A DNA stretch of 64,000 nt from Candidatus Woesebacteria bacterium (GTDB lineage Bacteria > Patescibacteriota > Microgenomatia > UBA1400 > MFAQ01), in the NCBI GenBank assembly GCA_035389185.1, contig DAOORK010000001.1, positions 331,825-395,824 on the forward strand, read 5' to 3'. Under the pieces are notes generated by a model, which was not told the origin of the DNA, made no database searches, and worked only from the letters and a program-made list of their open reading frames with translations. Below, piece by piece: positions 47,277 through 59,177 of the stretch; position 1 is the stretch's first letter; the number at the start of each line of letters is the position of its first letter. A program made the translations under genes and the position numbers.

Positions 47277-48475
47277 GTAACATCGCCAACATCAAACAGT
47301 TATTTAAATCTGCTTTCGCCGATTTCCGACGCGATAAAGTACGCACGGGACTTACTTCTCTCGGTATCACGATTGGTGTTCTCTCTGTTGTGCTACTGAT
47401 TGCTTTGGGCTTGGGTCTGAAAAACTATATCCAGGATCAGTTTGAGAGTATGGGAGCAAATCTTGTTATGATCATGCCCGGTTCCGGATTTAGCAGTGGG
47501 AACATGGGCCCGGGAATGATGACGGGGACCGTGAAGTTTGATGAAAAAGATGTAAAAAACCTAAAGAAAATTGAGGAGCTGAAGTATGTGGTGCCAATAT
47601 TTATGTCTTCCACGACAATAAGTTCGGCTAACAAGGAAAAAATTGGCACGGTTATGGCAGTTAATGAGGAGGCTTTTCCTTTGTTAAATATAAAAATGCA
47701 GGTCGGTGAGACTTGGGGAAAAACTGAACTTAACAAGAAATCTAAAGTAGCAGTGATTGGATACACAATGACTGAAGATTTGTTTGAAAACATAAATGAT
47801 GCAATTGGAAAATCTATTACGGTTGAAGGAATGAGAATCAAGGTAATTGGAGTTTCTCAAAAGACCGGAGACCCAGACCAAGACGCGGCTATCTATATTC
47901 CATACACAACGTCTTTTGGATCAATTAATCCGGATAAAACTTTTTGGGGAATATATCTCGGAGTAATCGATAAAGACGATGTAACTGCGGTGACGGAAAA
48001 AGCAAAGGAAATCTTGTTGGAAAGATATGATAAAGATAAGTTCTCGGTAACGGAACAATCAGAGATCCTCTCAACGATTGATCAGATTTTTGGTATTATC
48101 AATATCGTTTTGGTCGCCATTGGCTCAATTTCTCTTCTTGTCGGAGGAATTGGGATTATGAATATCATGTATGCAACAGTAACAGAAAGAACTCGTGAAG
48201 TGGGTATTCGACGCGCTCTAGGGGCGACAAAAAGAGATATTCTCTTACAGTTTTTATCTGAGTCTACTTTATTGTCTGTTTTTGGAGGACTGATGGGATT
48301 AGTTCTTGCTACAGTAATTGTAATGTTGGTTAGGATTTGGTTCCCTGTAGCCTTGAATTTGGTAGCTGTTCTGGTTGCTATCGGCGTATCTAGCGCGATT
48401 GGAATTTTCTTTGGGGTATCCCCTGCCAAAAAAGCGGCCAATCTGTCCCCGATCGATGCTATCAGATATGAGTAG
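47273..48475 (+). CDS. ABC transporter permease (MacB-like, FtsX-fold with large periplasmic domain)
   Basis: 400 aa with an N-terminal TM helix, a ~220-aa periplasmic domain and three C-terminal TM helices (MacB_PCD/FtsX family architecture). Confidence 0.8.
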   Translation: MSNIANIKQLFKSAFADFRRDKVRTGLTSLGITIGVLSVVLLIALGLGLKNYIQDQFESMGANLVMIMPGSGFSSGNMGPGMMTGTVKFDEKDVKNLKKIEELKYVVPIFMSSTTISSANKEKIGTVMAVNEEAFPLLNIKMQVGETWGKTELNKKSKVAVIGYTMTEDLFENINDAIGKSITVEGMRIKVIGVSQKTGDPDQDAAIYIPYTTSFGSINPDKTFWGIYLGVIDKDDVTAVTEKAKEILLERYDKDKFSVTEQSEILSTIDQIFGIINIVLVAIGSISLLVGGIGIMNIMYATVTERTREVGIRRALGATKRDILLQFLSESTLLSVFGGLMGLVLATVIVMLVRIWFPVALNLVAVLVAIGVSSAIGIFFGVSPAKKAANLSPIDAIRYE

Positions 48476-48491
48476 GATATAATCCTCGGTA

Positions 48492-49046
48492 ATGAAATCT
48501 GAGTTTATTCAAGTTTCTCCTGTGGAGACATTTTTGTATCCGAAATATTTTAAGGAAAGGATCCCTTATGTAAGCGATGAATGTAAATTTGTTCCATGCG
48601 GATGGGCAAAAATTGAAGGAGAGTTTTTCCCTTTGGGATATAAAGTGGTGACTATGGATTTGAAATCTTTGGGATTGCGGAAAAACCCAAATATTATGAC
48701 TTTCCCGATTGGCGAGTGGGTTACGCTAGCTGAAGAAGAGGTACTTGTCGGCAATAGTGATGAGGGAGGAATATGGTCGGCTTTAAACAAGGGTAGTATA
48801 AAAACATTAAAAAACTACATGATGAGTGAGTATGGGGTGGATACAAGAGCGTTTTTAACTGCGATGCGTCGACCAGTGTATGCCAATAGTTATCGCATAA
48901 AATCACAAGGAGTGATGCTTATAGAAGAATATTTAGTGAACCAAATCTTTTGCCAAGGTAATGTTTTGAATATCGGAACCGGTGCGATCAAACCCCGGAA
49001 CTTCCAGAATGAGAGGCAGAGAGCTGAAGGTAGGATGATTAATTAA
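48492..49046 (+). CDS. Hypothetical protein (doubtful 3' region; overlaps convergent nfo by ~114 nt)
   Basis: A 184-aa ORF. The first ~150 codons lie in otherwise unassigned space after the permease gene. No recognisable domain. Confidence 0.3.
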   Translation: MKSEFIQVSPVETFLYPKYFKERIPYVSDECKFVPCGWAKIEGEFFPLGYKVVTMDLKSLGLRKNPNIMTFPIGEWVTLAEEEVLVGNSDEGGIWSALNKGSIKTLKNYMMSEYGVDTRAFLTAMRRPVYANSYRIKSQGVMLIEEYLVNQIFCQGNVLNIGTGAIKPRNFQNERQRAEGRMIN

Positions 49047-49769
49047 ATTTCTCAAACCAACAAGACCAATCTCCCCTTCTCCGATGTTGGCGTGCATATC
49101 ACGATGGGAGTCAAAGACAGTGGCAGAGTCATTTAAATGCAGACAGACCAGTTTGTCGGCCAGACCGAGACTAGTTAGCTGTTGAGAAAATTTCTCGACC
49201 GATGAGACATCTTGAATATTCACACCAGATTCAAACAAATGGGCAGAGTCGAGACACATCTTGAGGCGAGGGTTGTTGATCTTATTGATAAGGTAACTGA
49301 TTTCTTCCGGAGAGCCAATTTTGCCATTTTGACCAGCGTCATTTTCCAAAATTAGATCGCAGTCTGCGGTAGAAGAAAGAATTCTTTGAATAACAGAGAC
49401 TATTTGATCCTTGACTGTATCAAAACCTGCTCCTAGGTGAGACCCGATATGAACAATGACTCCGGATGCTCGAATGCGGGCGCCATTTTGCATGTCGATT
49501 ATGAGAGAGTTGATCGATTTTTCTAAGATGTCTTGGTTTTGTGAGGCAAGGTTAACTAAGTAAAGAGCGTGAATAAAAGTGGGGTGAATGTCCAGTTCTT
49601 TTGCCAAGTGAAGATATTCTGAAACATCTTTTTCGGGAAAAGGTTTTCTAAACCAAAGTCGAGGAGAGCCGGCGAACATCTGTAAACAATTTCCGCCGAT
49701 TTTATTCGTCGTTTTTAAAGCGTTGGTGATGTTTCCGGCCATAGAGACATGGCCGCCGATTCTTCTCAT
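48933..49769 (-). CDS. nfo: Deoxyribonuclease IV (AP endonuclease family 2, endonuclease IV)
   Basis: 278 aa with HIGSHLG and LILENDAG motifs and the overall TIM-barrel Nfo pattern. Confidence 0.8.
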   Translation of the reverse strand: MRRIGGHVSMAGNITNALKTTNKIGGNCLQMFAGSPRLWFRKPFPEKDVSEYLHLAKELDIHPTFIHALYLVNLASQNQDILEKSINSLIIDMQNGARIRASGVIVHIGSHLGAGFDTVKDQIVSVIQRILSSTADCDLILENDAGQNGKIGSPEEISYLINKINNPRLKMCLDSAHLFESGVNIQDVSSVEKFSQQLTSLGLADKLVCLHLNDSATVFDSHRDMHANIGEGEIGLVGLRNLINHPTFSSLPLILEVPGFDRTGSDIQNITLAKDLVH

Positions 49770-50431
49770 TTTTCTTCAATAGTGATCGAGCTGATGACCA
49801 CTTGTGTTAGAGGTGCATCATTGGCATCTGTCTGAACACTGGCTATTGCATCAAGTGTTTTTAAGCTGGCAGAGTCTGAAGCGTCTATACGGCCAAAAAT
49901 GGTGTAGTTTTTGGGGAGAGCCATGTCTTTGTGCATAATAAAGAACTGGGAACCGTTGGTATTTGGGCCGGAGTTGGCCATGGCAAGCGTACCACGAGTA
50001 TAGTTTTCGGTAACTGGCTCGTCGGCAAACTTATAGCCCGGACCTCCAGTACCGATGCCGTTCGGATCACCGCCTTGGATCATAAAATCGGAGATGACGC
50101 GATGGAAAATAAGACCGTCATAAAAAGGTTTCTCGGACACTTTTTTCCCCGTATTAGGATTAATTTTGACGCCTTTGGCCAGTTCAACGAAGTTGCGGAC
50201 GGTGTTGGGAGCTATCTTGGGAAAAAGGATGACTTTGATAGTTCCTTTGCTGGTGTTGATTACGGCGGTAATGTTTTCGGCTAAGGGGGCTTGGGTTGGT
50301 GTTGGGTTTTCCATATTGGTTGGATTGACTTTAATATCTGTTAATTGGTAATCATGAACACTTGGTGTTTGGGTAAGGGTGCAGGCTGAGAAAAGTATAG
50401 CCGAGACAGCAATATATAGAAGATTTTTCAT
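49766..50431 (-). CDS. Cyclophilin-type peptidyl-prolyl cis-trans isomerase, lipoprotein
   Basis: 221 aa. The signal sequence with lipobox LFSAC is followed by GLIFHRVISDFMIQGGDP...GSQFFI cyclophilin motifs. Confidence 0.85.
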   Translation of the reverse strand: MKNLLYIAVSAILFSACTLTQTPSVHDYQLTDIKVNPTNMENPTPTQAPLAENITAVINTSKGTIKVILFPKIAPNTVRNFVELAKGVKINPNTGKKVSEKPFYDGLIFHRVISDFMIQGGDPNGIGTGGPGYKFADEPVTENYTRGTLAMANSGPNTNGSQFFIMHKDMALPKNYTIFGRIDASDSASLKTLDAIASVQTDANDAPLTQVVISSITIEEK

Positions 50432-50440
50432 AAAACTATA

Positions 50441-51151
50441 TTATATTGAAAAATCAGTGTTGCCAAAAGTAAGTTTGGATATTATTTCTTCGACTTCACG
50501 TTTCCTTATAGATAAGTTGTTTGCTGTAGATATCTGTAACGACTCGGAGGCTAGTTTTTGTGCATCTTCCAGATTACCTTCTTTTGCTAATACTTTGACT
50601 AAGGTATTAAGAGCACCAGTTTCCCAGACGCGAACAGAATAATCGGTAAGGTCTCCGGTCCTGATATCTTGAAGAGATTCTTTGATAAGGGCAATTCCCT
50701 CTTCTTTGGAACCGAGAACATATTTTGCTTCACCAATATGGGTTTTTATTCTGCCCTTTTCCGGAATCGAACTAGTGGAAACGTCCAAAGCGGCCTCAAA
50801 AACCGGGAGAGACTCTGCAGTTTTCCCGTCCATAAATAAAGCGTCGGCATAGGCCATATAGGCTACGGAAAGTGTAGCTCCTTCAAGACTGTCTTTGTTT
50901 GCTTCACCAATTGCATAAGCTTCTTTGCCAAAAGCAGTGGTGAGATTTCGATAGACATGACTATCTTCTTTTCGTGAAAGAATTTTGTAAATGAGACTAT
51001 GGCCTGCGAGACAGTGAACTAGCTGCTGTGGATCGCCGGATGGAATTAATTCAAGCAAGCATTCGGTAAATAGTTTGGCAGATTCGGAGTATTGTTCTTG
51101 TTCGCGAAGTGTGTTTGCTTGGCCAAGTTTTTGCTCTATTTGTTCATTCAT
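50441..51151 (-). CDS. Tetratricopeptide repeat protein
   Basis: 236 aa with helical repeats of TPR-like periodicity (A/Y/L-rich pairs of helices). Confidence 0.5.
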   Translation of the reverse strand: MNEQIEQKLGQANTLREQEQYSESAKLFTECLLELIPSGDPQQLVHCLAGHSLIYKILSRKEDSHVYRNLTTAFGKEAYAIGEANKDSLEGATLSVAYMAYADALFMDGKTAESLPVFEAALDVSTSSIPEKGRIKTHIGEAKYVLGSKEEGIALIKESLQDIRTGDLTDYSVRVWETGALNTLVKVLAKEGNLEDAQKLASESLQISTANNLSIRKREVEEIISKLTFGNTDFSI

Positions 51152-51173
51152 AAGTTCATGATAACATGGGAGT

Positions 51174-51509
51174 ATGCAAATGCCGGTAATCGTTGGTTTA
51201 GTGGTGGCTGTAATATTCTTAGTGGCTTTTTCCGGATGGTTTTATCATCTGGTAACCGGGTGGAAAGCATACGTGCTTGATGATGTTCTTTTCCGTTATC
51301 GAATAGTGGGCGTTTCACTGTTGTCTTTTTTGGTTATGGGAGGAACATTTTACGGAATTGCTCTAATAAATGAGTGTCCAAACGAGGAAAGAGTAGGCTT
51401 TTTTGCCGGACTAAAATGCAAGGAATACAACAAGATAAAAGTTAATGCAGAAAGATTATTTCTTTCCCAAGACAAGTCTCTCGAGCCAAACAACGAAACG
51501 ATAGATTAG
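51174..51509 (+). CDS. Hypothetical membrane protein (2-3 TM)
   Basis: 111 aa, hydrophobic. It overlaps the 3' end of the convergent DUF4258 gene by 54 nt. Confidence 0.35.
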   Translation: MQMPVIVGLVVAVIFLVAFSGWFYHLVTGWKAYVLDDVLFRYRIVGVSLLSFLVMGGTFYGIALINECPNEERVGFFAGLKCKEYNKIKVNAERLFLSQDKSLEPNNETID

Positions 51510-51782
51510 CCTCTCTGGGAATGAACGTTTGACTGTTTCTTTTTGCTGTTTTCCATATACTGGATTCCACCAAGAGCTGGTGACAACCCAGTCATCTCCC
51601 TGACGTTTTACGGCGGCAACAATCTTGTATCCATTTATTACTTTGATGTGTTTTCTGGAATTGGTTGTCGTACTATCTTGGACTTCATCAGGAAAACGAA
51701 TGGCGGTATCAACCCATTGAGGATCAAGTCCTCGCTGTTTGATTCTTTCTCTGAGATGTTTGGTCCAGATTACCTTACCCAT
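51456..51782 (-). CDS. DUF4258 domain protein (RelE/ParE-superfamily toxin-like)
   Basis: 108 aa. WTKHLRERIKQRGLDPQWV matches the DUF4258 H-x3-R-x3-(E/Q)RGI core. Confidence 0.45.
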   Translation of the reverse strand: MGKVIWTKHLRERIKQRGLDPQWVDTAIRFPDEVQDSTTTNSRKHIKVINGYKIVAAVKRQGDDWVVTSSWWNPVYGKQQKETVKRSFPERLIYRFVVWLERLVLGKK

Positions 51783-52906
51783 TATTTTGTAGGTTTAACC
51801 AAATCCGGATCCTCATAAAGAGGGTTTGTTGACACAGGTGTTTCGGGAATGGGAGTTGGCTCGGGAGACATCAAGGGTTCACTCATGACTTGGGGTTGAG
51901 GAATTGGGGAAGAAACGACTGGAGTGGAAGTGATTGCTGGTGAGGCAACCGGAGGTTCTATTGCAGGTGATGGCGTGGTTGTGTCTGGAGCGGCAACAGG
52001 TTCGGGTTCTGGTTGGGGAAGAAGGTCAGAGAGATGGTTGTTGAGGGGAGTGCTGGCTGGCTCTGGACTTACAGATTGATTCCCCGGAGTAATGTCAATT
52101 GGAGCAGAACTAGTTGGCTGATTGGCAGGAACAGCTTGAGGTGAACCATCCTGAGGAGAAATCATATTAGGATCCATATTGAGATCAATAACGGGAGAGT
52201 TGGTGTCGTCCATATTTTGTGTTGGAGTTGTTTTATTTTTAATAGTGATTTCAGGAATGTGTATAGTCTGACTTAAGTTTATAACATATTGGACAACCGA
52301 AGCGACCTCTGTAGGATCGAGTGCCTGAGAAAGATCTCGAGAGGCGTTACTTTTTTGGAAAAGGGAAGTTTTAATAAGGCCGGGATATACAGCTGTAACT
52401 TTGATATTCTCTTCTTCGAGGTCATCTTGTAGACACTTTGTAAATCCGGTGATGGCCCACTTTGAGGCATGGTAGACAGAACGATCTTTCTTGGCACAAA
52501 GACCATCTTGGGAAATGATGTTTACTATCTGACCACTTTTTTGGGTGCGCATTTGAGGGAGAACAAGCTTGGAAAGGAGAATTGTACCGGTGGTGTTGAT
52601 ATCGATCACTTCTTTGATTTTGATTGGGTCGTTTTGATCCAACTGGCCTTCGATCCAAATACCAGCGTTATTGACTAAGACGTCAATTTTTTGATATTTG
52701 GAGACAACTTGATCAACGGCGATTTTAAGAGAGGCATAATCAGTCATTTCCGCCTCGACATAATCACAGCCGACTTCCTTGGCTGCGGTCTCAAGTTTGG
52801 TTTTATTGTGAGCAAGAATAATGACTTGATTGCCATTAACTAGTTTTTGGGCAATGGCTTTTCCTAAGCCATCACTTCCTCCGGAAATTAGAATTACTTT
52901 GGGCAT
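51782..52906 (-). CDS. SDR family oxidoreductase with ~140-aa Pro/Ser/Thr-rich disordered C-terminal extension
   Basis: 374 aa. The N-terminus VILISGGSDGLGKAIAQKL (TGxxxGxG), NNAG and YHASKWAI (YxxxK) mark a classic SDR. The tail PQPEPEPVAAPDTTTPSPAIEPPVASPAITSTPVVSSPIPQPQ... is low complexity. Confidence 0.75.
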   Translation of the reverse strand: MPKVILISGGSDGLGKAIAQKLVNGNQVIILAHNKTKLETAAKEVGCDYVEAEMTDYASLKIAVDQVVSKYQKIDVLVNNAGIWIEGQLDQNDPIKIKEVIDINTTGTILLSKLVLPQMRTQKSGQIVNIISQDGLCAKKDRSVYHASKWAITGFTKCLQDDLEEENIKVTAVYPGLIKTSLFQKSNASRDLSQALDPTEVASVVQYVINLSQTIHIPEITIKNKTTPTQNMDDTNSPVIDLNMDPNMISPQDGSPQAVPANQPTSSAPIDITPGNQSVSPEPASTPLNNHLSDLLPQPEPEPVAAPDTTTPSPAIEPPVASPAITSTPVVSSPIPQPQVMSEPLMSPEPTPIPETPVSTNPLYEDPDLVKPTK

Positions 52907-52915
52907 TAATTCATT

Positions 52916-55564
<2,649 letters not shown>

Positions 55565-55582
55565 GTCAGTTAATTATACCCG

Positions 55583-56209
55583 TTAGACAAGAGAGATGAC
55601 GATGTTGGAAATGGTGTGTGCTTTAACAAAAAATAGCCGAGATCGTATCGAGCGAAAAAACCGAATAGAGGCATCCTTCCCTTCTCTCCACCAAAGACGA
55701 TTAATCAAGACAAAACGAGAGTGTTTTTTGATTTTTTTCAAAAAGACAATATTTTCCAATTTTTTGGGAATTTCTTTACCCACAAAACAATCAATCATTA
55801 CCAGATCGAATGTTTGAGATGGCCTAAGATTCTTTACGTAGTGAACAGCGTCGTCGACGATGATGTGTAAATTTTTTAGTCTATCTAGATGGAAGTACTG
55901 ACGACCAATATTGACCATAACCGGATCAATCTCCACGGCAGTAATTTTGGCCTGAGGGTAGTACTTATTAATCAACCGAGCGTTGCTTCCTCCGGCAAGA
56001 CCCAGAAGTAACACCTTTTGGGGTTTAAATTTGGGAGGAAGAAAAGAATTGATACCTTTTTGCCAAACTGTAGTCATGATATCTCCTGATTCAATTAGGC
56101 CATCAACTGTTAAAGTGGTGGTATTTAGGAAACGGATCAAACGAATATTTTTATTGATTTTTGAGTCGGGAAGTCGAATTGTTTGAGGGAAAAATAGATG
56201 AATACACAT
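55583..56209 (-). CDS. Spermidine synthase-like (PABS fold) SAM-dependent methyltransferase family protein
   Basis: 208 aa with VLLLGLAGGS (glycine-rich), AVEIDPVMV and IVDDAVHYV motifs resembling PABS/MTase fold. Confidence 0.45.
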   Translation of the reverse strand: MCIHLFFPQTIRLPDSKINKNIRLIRFLNTTTLTVDGLIESGDIMTTVWQKGINSFLPPKFKPQKVLLLGLAGGSNARLINKYYPQAKITAVEIDPVMVNIGRQYFHLDRLKNLHIIVDDAVHYVKNLRPSQTFDLVMIDCFVGKEIPKKLENIVFLKKIKKHSRFVLINRLWWREGKDASIRFFRSIRSRLFFVKAHTISNIVISLV

Positions 56210-57258
56210 TAAATTTTAGTTTCGGCGGCCTTTATCTCAGCCTGAATTTGTCTGGCCAGGTCTCCCCATTCACGATAATGCGTATTGAGAGCGGCTTTAG
56301 TGATATTTTTTGGAGCCAAACCCTCTGCTAAAAATCCTGCATCAAGCAATGCTGCCGCGGCCATATCCCGTTCGAGATAAGAATCAGCACCAGAGACTAT
56401 AGCCACCATTGAAAAACCGTCTCTTTCGGCTGTTACGATGGTGGAGTAACCAGCTTCTTCGGTGTAGGCAATTTTTAGACCAGTTACTCCTGGGTAGACA
56501 CCCAAAAGTCCATTCCAGTTGGGTAAATAGTATTTTCCATGCGTATCTGTTTTTTCAATATCCTGACGGTCAGATTTTGCCGCTGCAAGTATTTCTGGGT
56601 AATTTTTTTGAACATTATTAATTAGTTTGGCTATATCGAGTATTGTTGAGTACTGATTTTGTTCATCTAGACCATCCGGATTAGTAAAATGACTGTTTTT
56701 TAGCCCAAGAAGAGTTGCTTTGGCATTCATATAGTAAAGAAATTCTTGTTTACTAATACCGACAGCCATGGCTGATCCATCGGCGAGTGTTTGGGCGGCA
56801 TCATTGGCACTGGTGGCAATGGCTCCCCGAAGTAGGTCCTCAACAGACAGTTTTTCACCTGCTTTGAGTTCGAGGATCGTAGGTACTTTGTCAACTGATT
56901 CTTTGGTGGCAGTGATCATATACTCTAAAGGGACTAGATCAAGGGCCACTTGGCTGGAAAGAAGTTTTGTAAATGAGGCTGGGGAAAGACGAACATCTGG
57001 ATTTTTGGCGTAATAAACTTTCTGAGTTTTACTGTTGTAAACAATGTATCGAGGAAGATTTTCTAGACTGGAGAGGGTTTTTGCCCTTGTAGCGTCAAGA
57101 TTAAAAGAAGAAACAACTTTCTGAGAGATTTTTGCTGTTTGATCTGGGCCTTGAAAGAACGGAGAGATTAAGTTTTTTGATAATATTCTGGGCAAAAAAT
57201 ACGTTAGTGACAAAGCAAAAATACCGAAAATTAGAATTAGTACTTTACGTTTACGCAC
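56209..57258 (-). CDS. D-alanyl-D-alanine carboxypeptidase (peptidase S11, PBP5/DacA-like)
   Basis: 349 aa with a signal/TM N-terminus, an SxxK active-site motif SPASFTK, and downstream SxN (SAND) and KTG-like motifs. Confidence 0.75.
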   Translation of the reverse strand: MRKRKVLILIFGIFALSLTYFLPRILSKNLISPFFQGPDQTAKISQKVVSSFNLDATRAKTLSSLENLPRYIVYNSKTQKVYYAKNPDVRLSPASFTKLLSSQVALDLVPLEYMITATKESVDKVPTILELKAGEKLSVEDLLRGAIATSANDAAQTLADGSAMAVGISKQEFLYYMNAKATLLGLKNSHFTNPDGLDEQNQYSTILDIAKLINNVQKNYPEILAAAKSDRQDIEKTDTHGKYYLPNWNGLLGVYPGVTGLKIAYTEEAGYSTIVTAERDGFSMVAIVSGADSYLERDMAAAALLDAGFLAEGLAPKNITKAALNTHYREWGDLARQIQAEIKAAETKI

Positions 57259-58525
57259 GACTGATCTTGGTTTTGCCCATTATGGGAACTAAAACTTCAG
57301 GAATATTGATTGAACCATCGGCTTGCTGATAATTCTCCAGAATAGCCACCAACCAACGGGGAGAGTTTGAAGCAGTGTTGTTTAGCATGTGGACATAACG
57401 CATCTCATTGTTGGCATCTCGATATCGGATGTTGGCACGGCGTGATTGGAAATCTAGAAGAATCGAGTCTGAAGCGAGTTCTCCATAACCATTTCGACTA
57501 GGTATCCAGGCTTCGAGATCGTACTTTTTGGCTTGGGGTTCTCCCATATCACCTGTGCACATGCGAAGGATTCGATATGGAAGTTTTAGATCTTGGGCGA
57601 TTTCTTCGGTTAGTGACAGCATCTCGTCGTGCAGGCGACGAGATTCTTCAACGTCGTTCTTGCAGATAACAACTTGCTCTGTTTTGACAAACTCGTGAAC
57701 TCGGTAGATACCCTTGGTGTCTTTTCCGTAGTTGCCGGCTTCCTTGCGATAGCAGGGAGAAAAACCAATCAAACGAATAGGAAGATCTTTCTCATTTAGA
57801 ACCTCGTCTTGGTAGAGAGAGACTAGAGGAACTTCTGCAGTTCCAGCAAGATATGTTTCCTCTTCACCTTCTTCTGTTTGGAATTTGTATGTTTCTTTTT
57901 CTCCCCAGGGAAAGTGACCGGTATTTACGAAAGCTCGTTTTTTGAGAATTACAGGGGGGACAACGGGAGTATAGCCTTTGGAAATAAATTTCTGCAATGT
58001 ATATTGCATCAAGGCAAACTGAAGCATAACGGCTTCGTTTTTGAGGAAGTAGCCACGGAAACCGGCAACTTTTGAACCACGAACAATGTCTATTAGATCA
58101 AGAGATTCTCCGAGCTCGATATGAGTTTTGGGAATAAAGTCAAGCTGGGGGATATCTCCCCAAGTGCGGATAACCACATTTCCGGTGTCGTCTTTACCAA
58201 CCGGAACTTCTTCAAGGGGAATGCCGGGAACTTGGAGCATGAGAGAGTTGAGTTCTTCTTCAACTTGAATCAGTTGAGGCTCAAGATCTTGAAGTTTTTG
58301 TTTGAGCTCCCCGGACTGCTGAATTAACTCGGGAGTTCGAGCGACTTTTAGCTGTTCGTTGAGTTTGTTTCTATCAGCGCGAATAGTTTCGGTCTGTTGA
58401 ATAAGTTCGCGACGCTTTGAATCTAACTTCAGAACGGCATCAATGATGTCCGGATTTAAGTTTTTGTTTTTGATCCCCTCTTTGACTTTGTCGGGGTTTT
58501 CGCGAATAAAAGCTATATCAAGCAT
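57251..58525 (-). CDS. serS: Seryl-tRNA synthetase
   Basis: 424 aa with an N-terminal coiled-coil arm and class II aaRS motifs (FRGYFLKNE, SPCYRKEAG, ELASDS). Confidence 0.9.
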   Translation of the reverse strand: MLDIAFIRENPDKVKEGIKNKNLNPDIIDAVLKLDSKRRELIQQTETIRADRNKLNEQLKVARTPELIQQSGELKQKLQDLEPQLIQVEEELNSLMLQVPGIPLEEVPVGKDDTGNVVIRTWGDIPQLDFIPKTHIELGESLDLIDIVRGSKVAGFRGYFLKNEAVMLQFALMQYTLQKFISKGYTPVVPPVILKKRAFVNTGHFPWGEKETYKFQTEEGEEETYLAGTAEVPLVSLYQDEVLNEKDLPIRLIGFSPCYRKEAGNYGKDTKGIYRVHEFVKTEQVVICKNDVEESRRLHDEMLSLTEEIAQDLKLPYRILRMCTGDMGEPQAKKYDLEAWIPSRNGYGELASDSILLDFQSRRANIRYRDANNEMRYVHMLNNTASNSPRWLVAILENYQQADGSINIPEVLVPIMGKTKISRA

Positions 58526-58543
58526 GAGTTGATTATATCCTGT

Positions 58544-59131
58544 TTAAAGACCGAGCTTGTCGGCGATTCCCCGCATGGCAGTAAGACAGATTTCGGAAAG
58601 AGTTTCCAGACTTAAATTTAAACCATCTTCTTTTTCGCAAAGAATTATTTCCTCGCGTCGAGTGCCGGCGGCAAAACGAGGTTCTTTATGGAAACGTTTC
58701 AAAATTGAACTAACTTTTACGTCGGCTAACTTTCGACTTGGGTAAACATAACCAACAGCGGTGATGAGGCCGGTAAGAGAGTCACAACAAAAAATGGACC
58801 ACTCTGCTTTATTTTTTGGTTCGATACCGGAAATTTTGGGGGCATGAGCTTTGACAATACGAAGAACAGTATCTGACACAGACAATCCATATTTTGCAAG
58901 CGCTTCGGATGTATGGTTTGGATGCTCGTCCTTATAAGGATCGGCATAATCAATATCGTGAATAAGGCCAGCCAAAAGCCAGTCTTCTTTGGAGGGTTCA
59001 TTGGGTTCGAGAAGACCTTCTTTTGAGAAGTAGTCGTAGAGAGCTCCCATACATGCTTCAAGAGCTAAAGAGTGTTTGTAGATTTTTTCGTCACGGTTCT
59101 GTTTTACCGCCTCTTCATATTGTTCAAACAT
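58544..59131 (-). CDS. HD domain phosphohydrolase
   Basis: 195 aa with the H...HDIDY metal-binding signature. Confidence 0.65.
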   Translation of the reverse strand: MFEQYEEAVKQNRDEKIYKHSLALEACMGALYDYFSKEGLLEPNEPSKEDWLLAGLIHDIDYADPYKDEHPNHTSEALAKYGLSVSDTVLRIVKAHAPKISGIEPKNKAEWSIFCCDSLTGLITAVGYVYPSRKLADVKVSSILKRFHKEPRFAAGTRREEIILCEKEDGLNLSLETLSEICLTAMRGIADKLGL

Positions 59132-59177
59132 ATGAGAGTATTTTAATCCACTTGAGGAATTTTGGAAAAGAAAAAAC

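Noticed and set aside
52279-52678. Small ORFs inside the SDR gene (52279-52506, 52422-52658 minus; 52469-52678 plus)
   Set aside because: They are overlapping alternative frames within a gene with clear SDR motifs and have no independent support.
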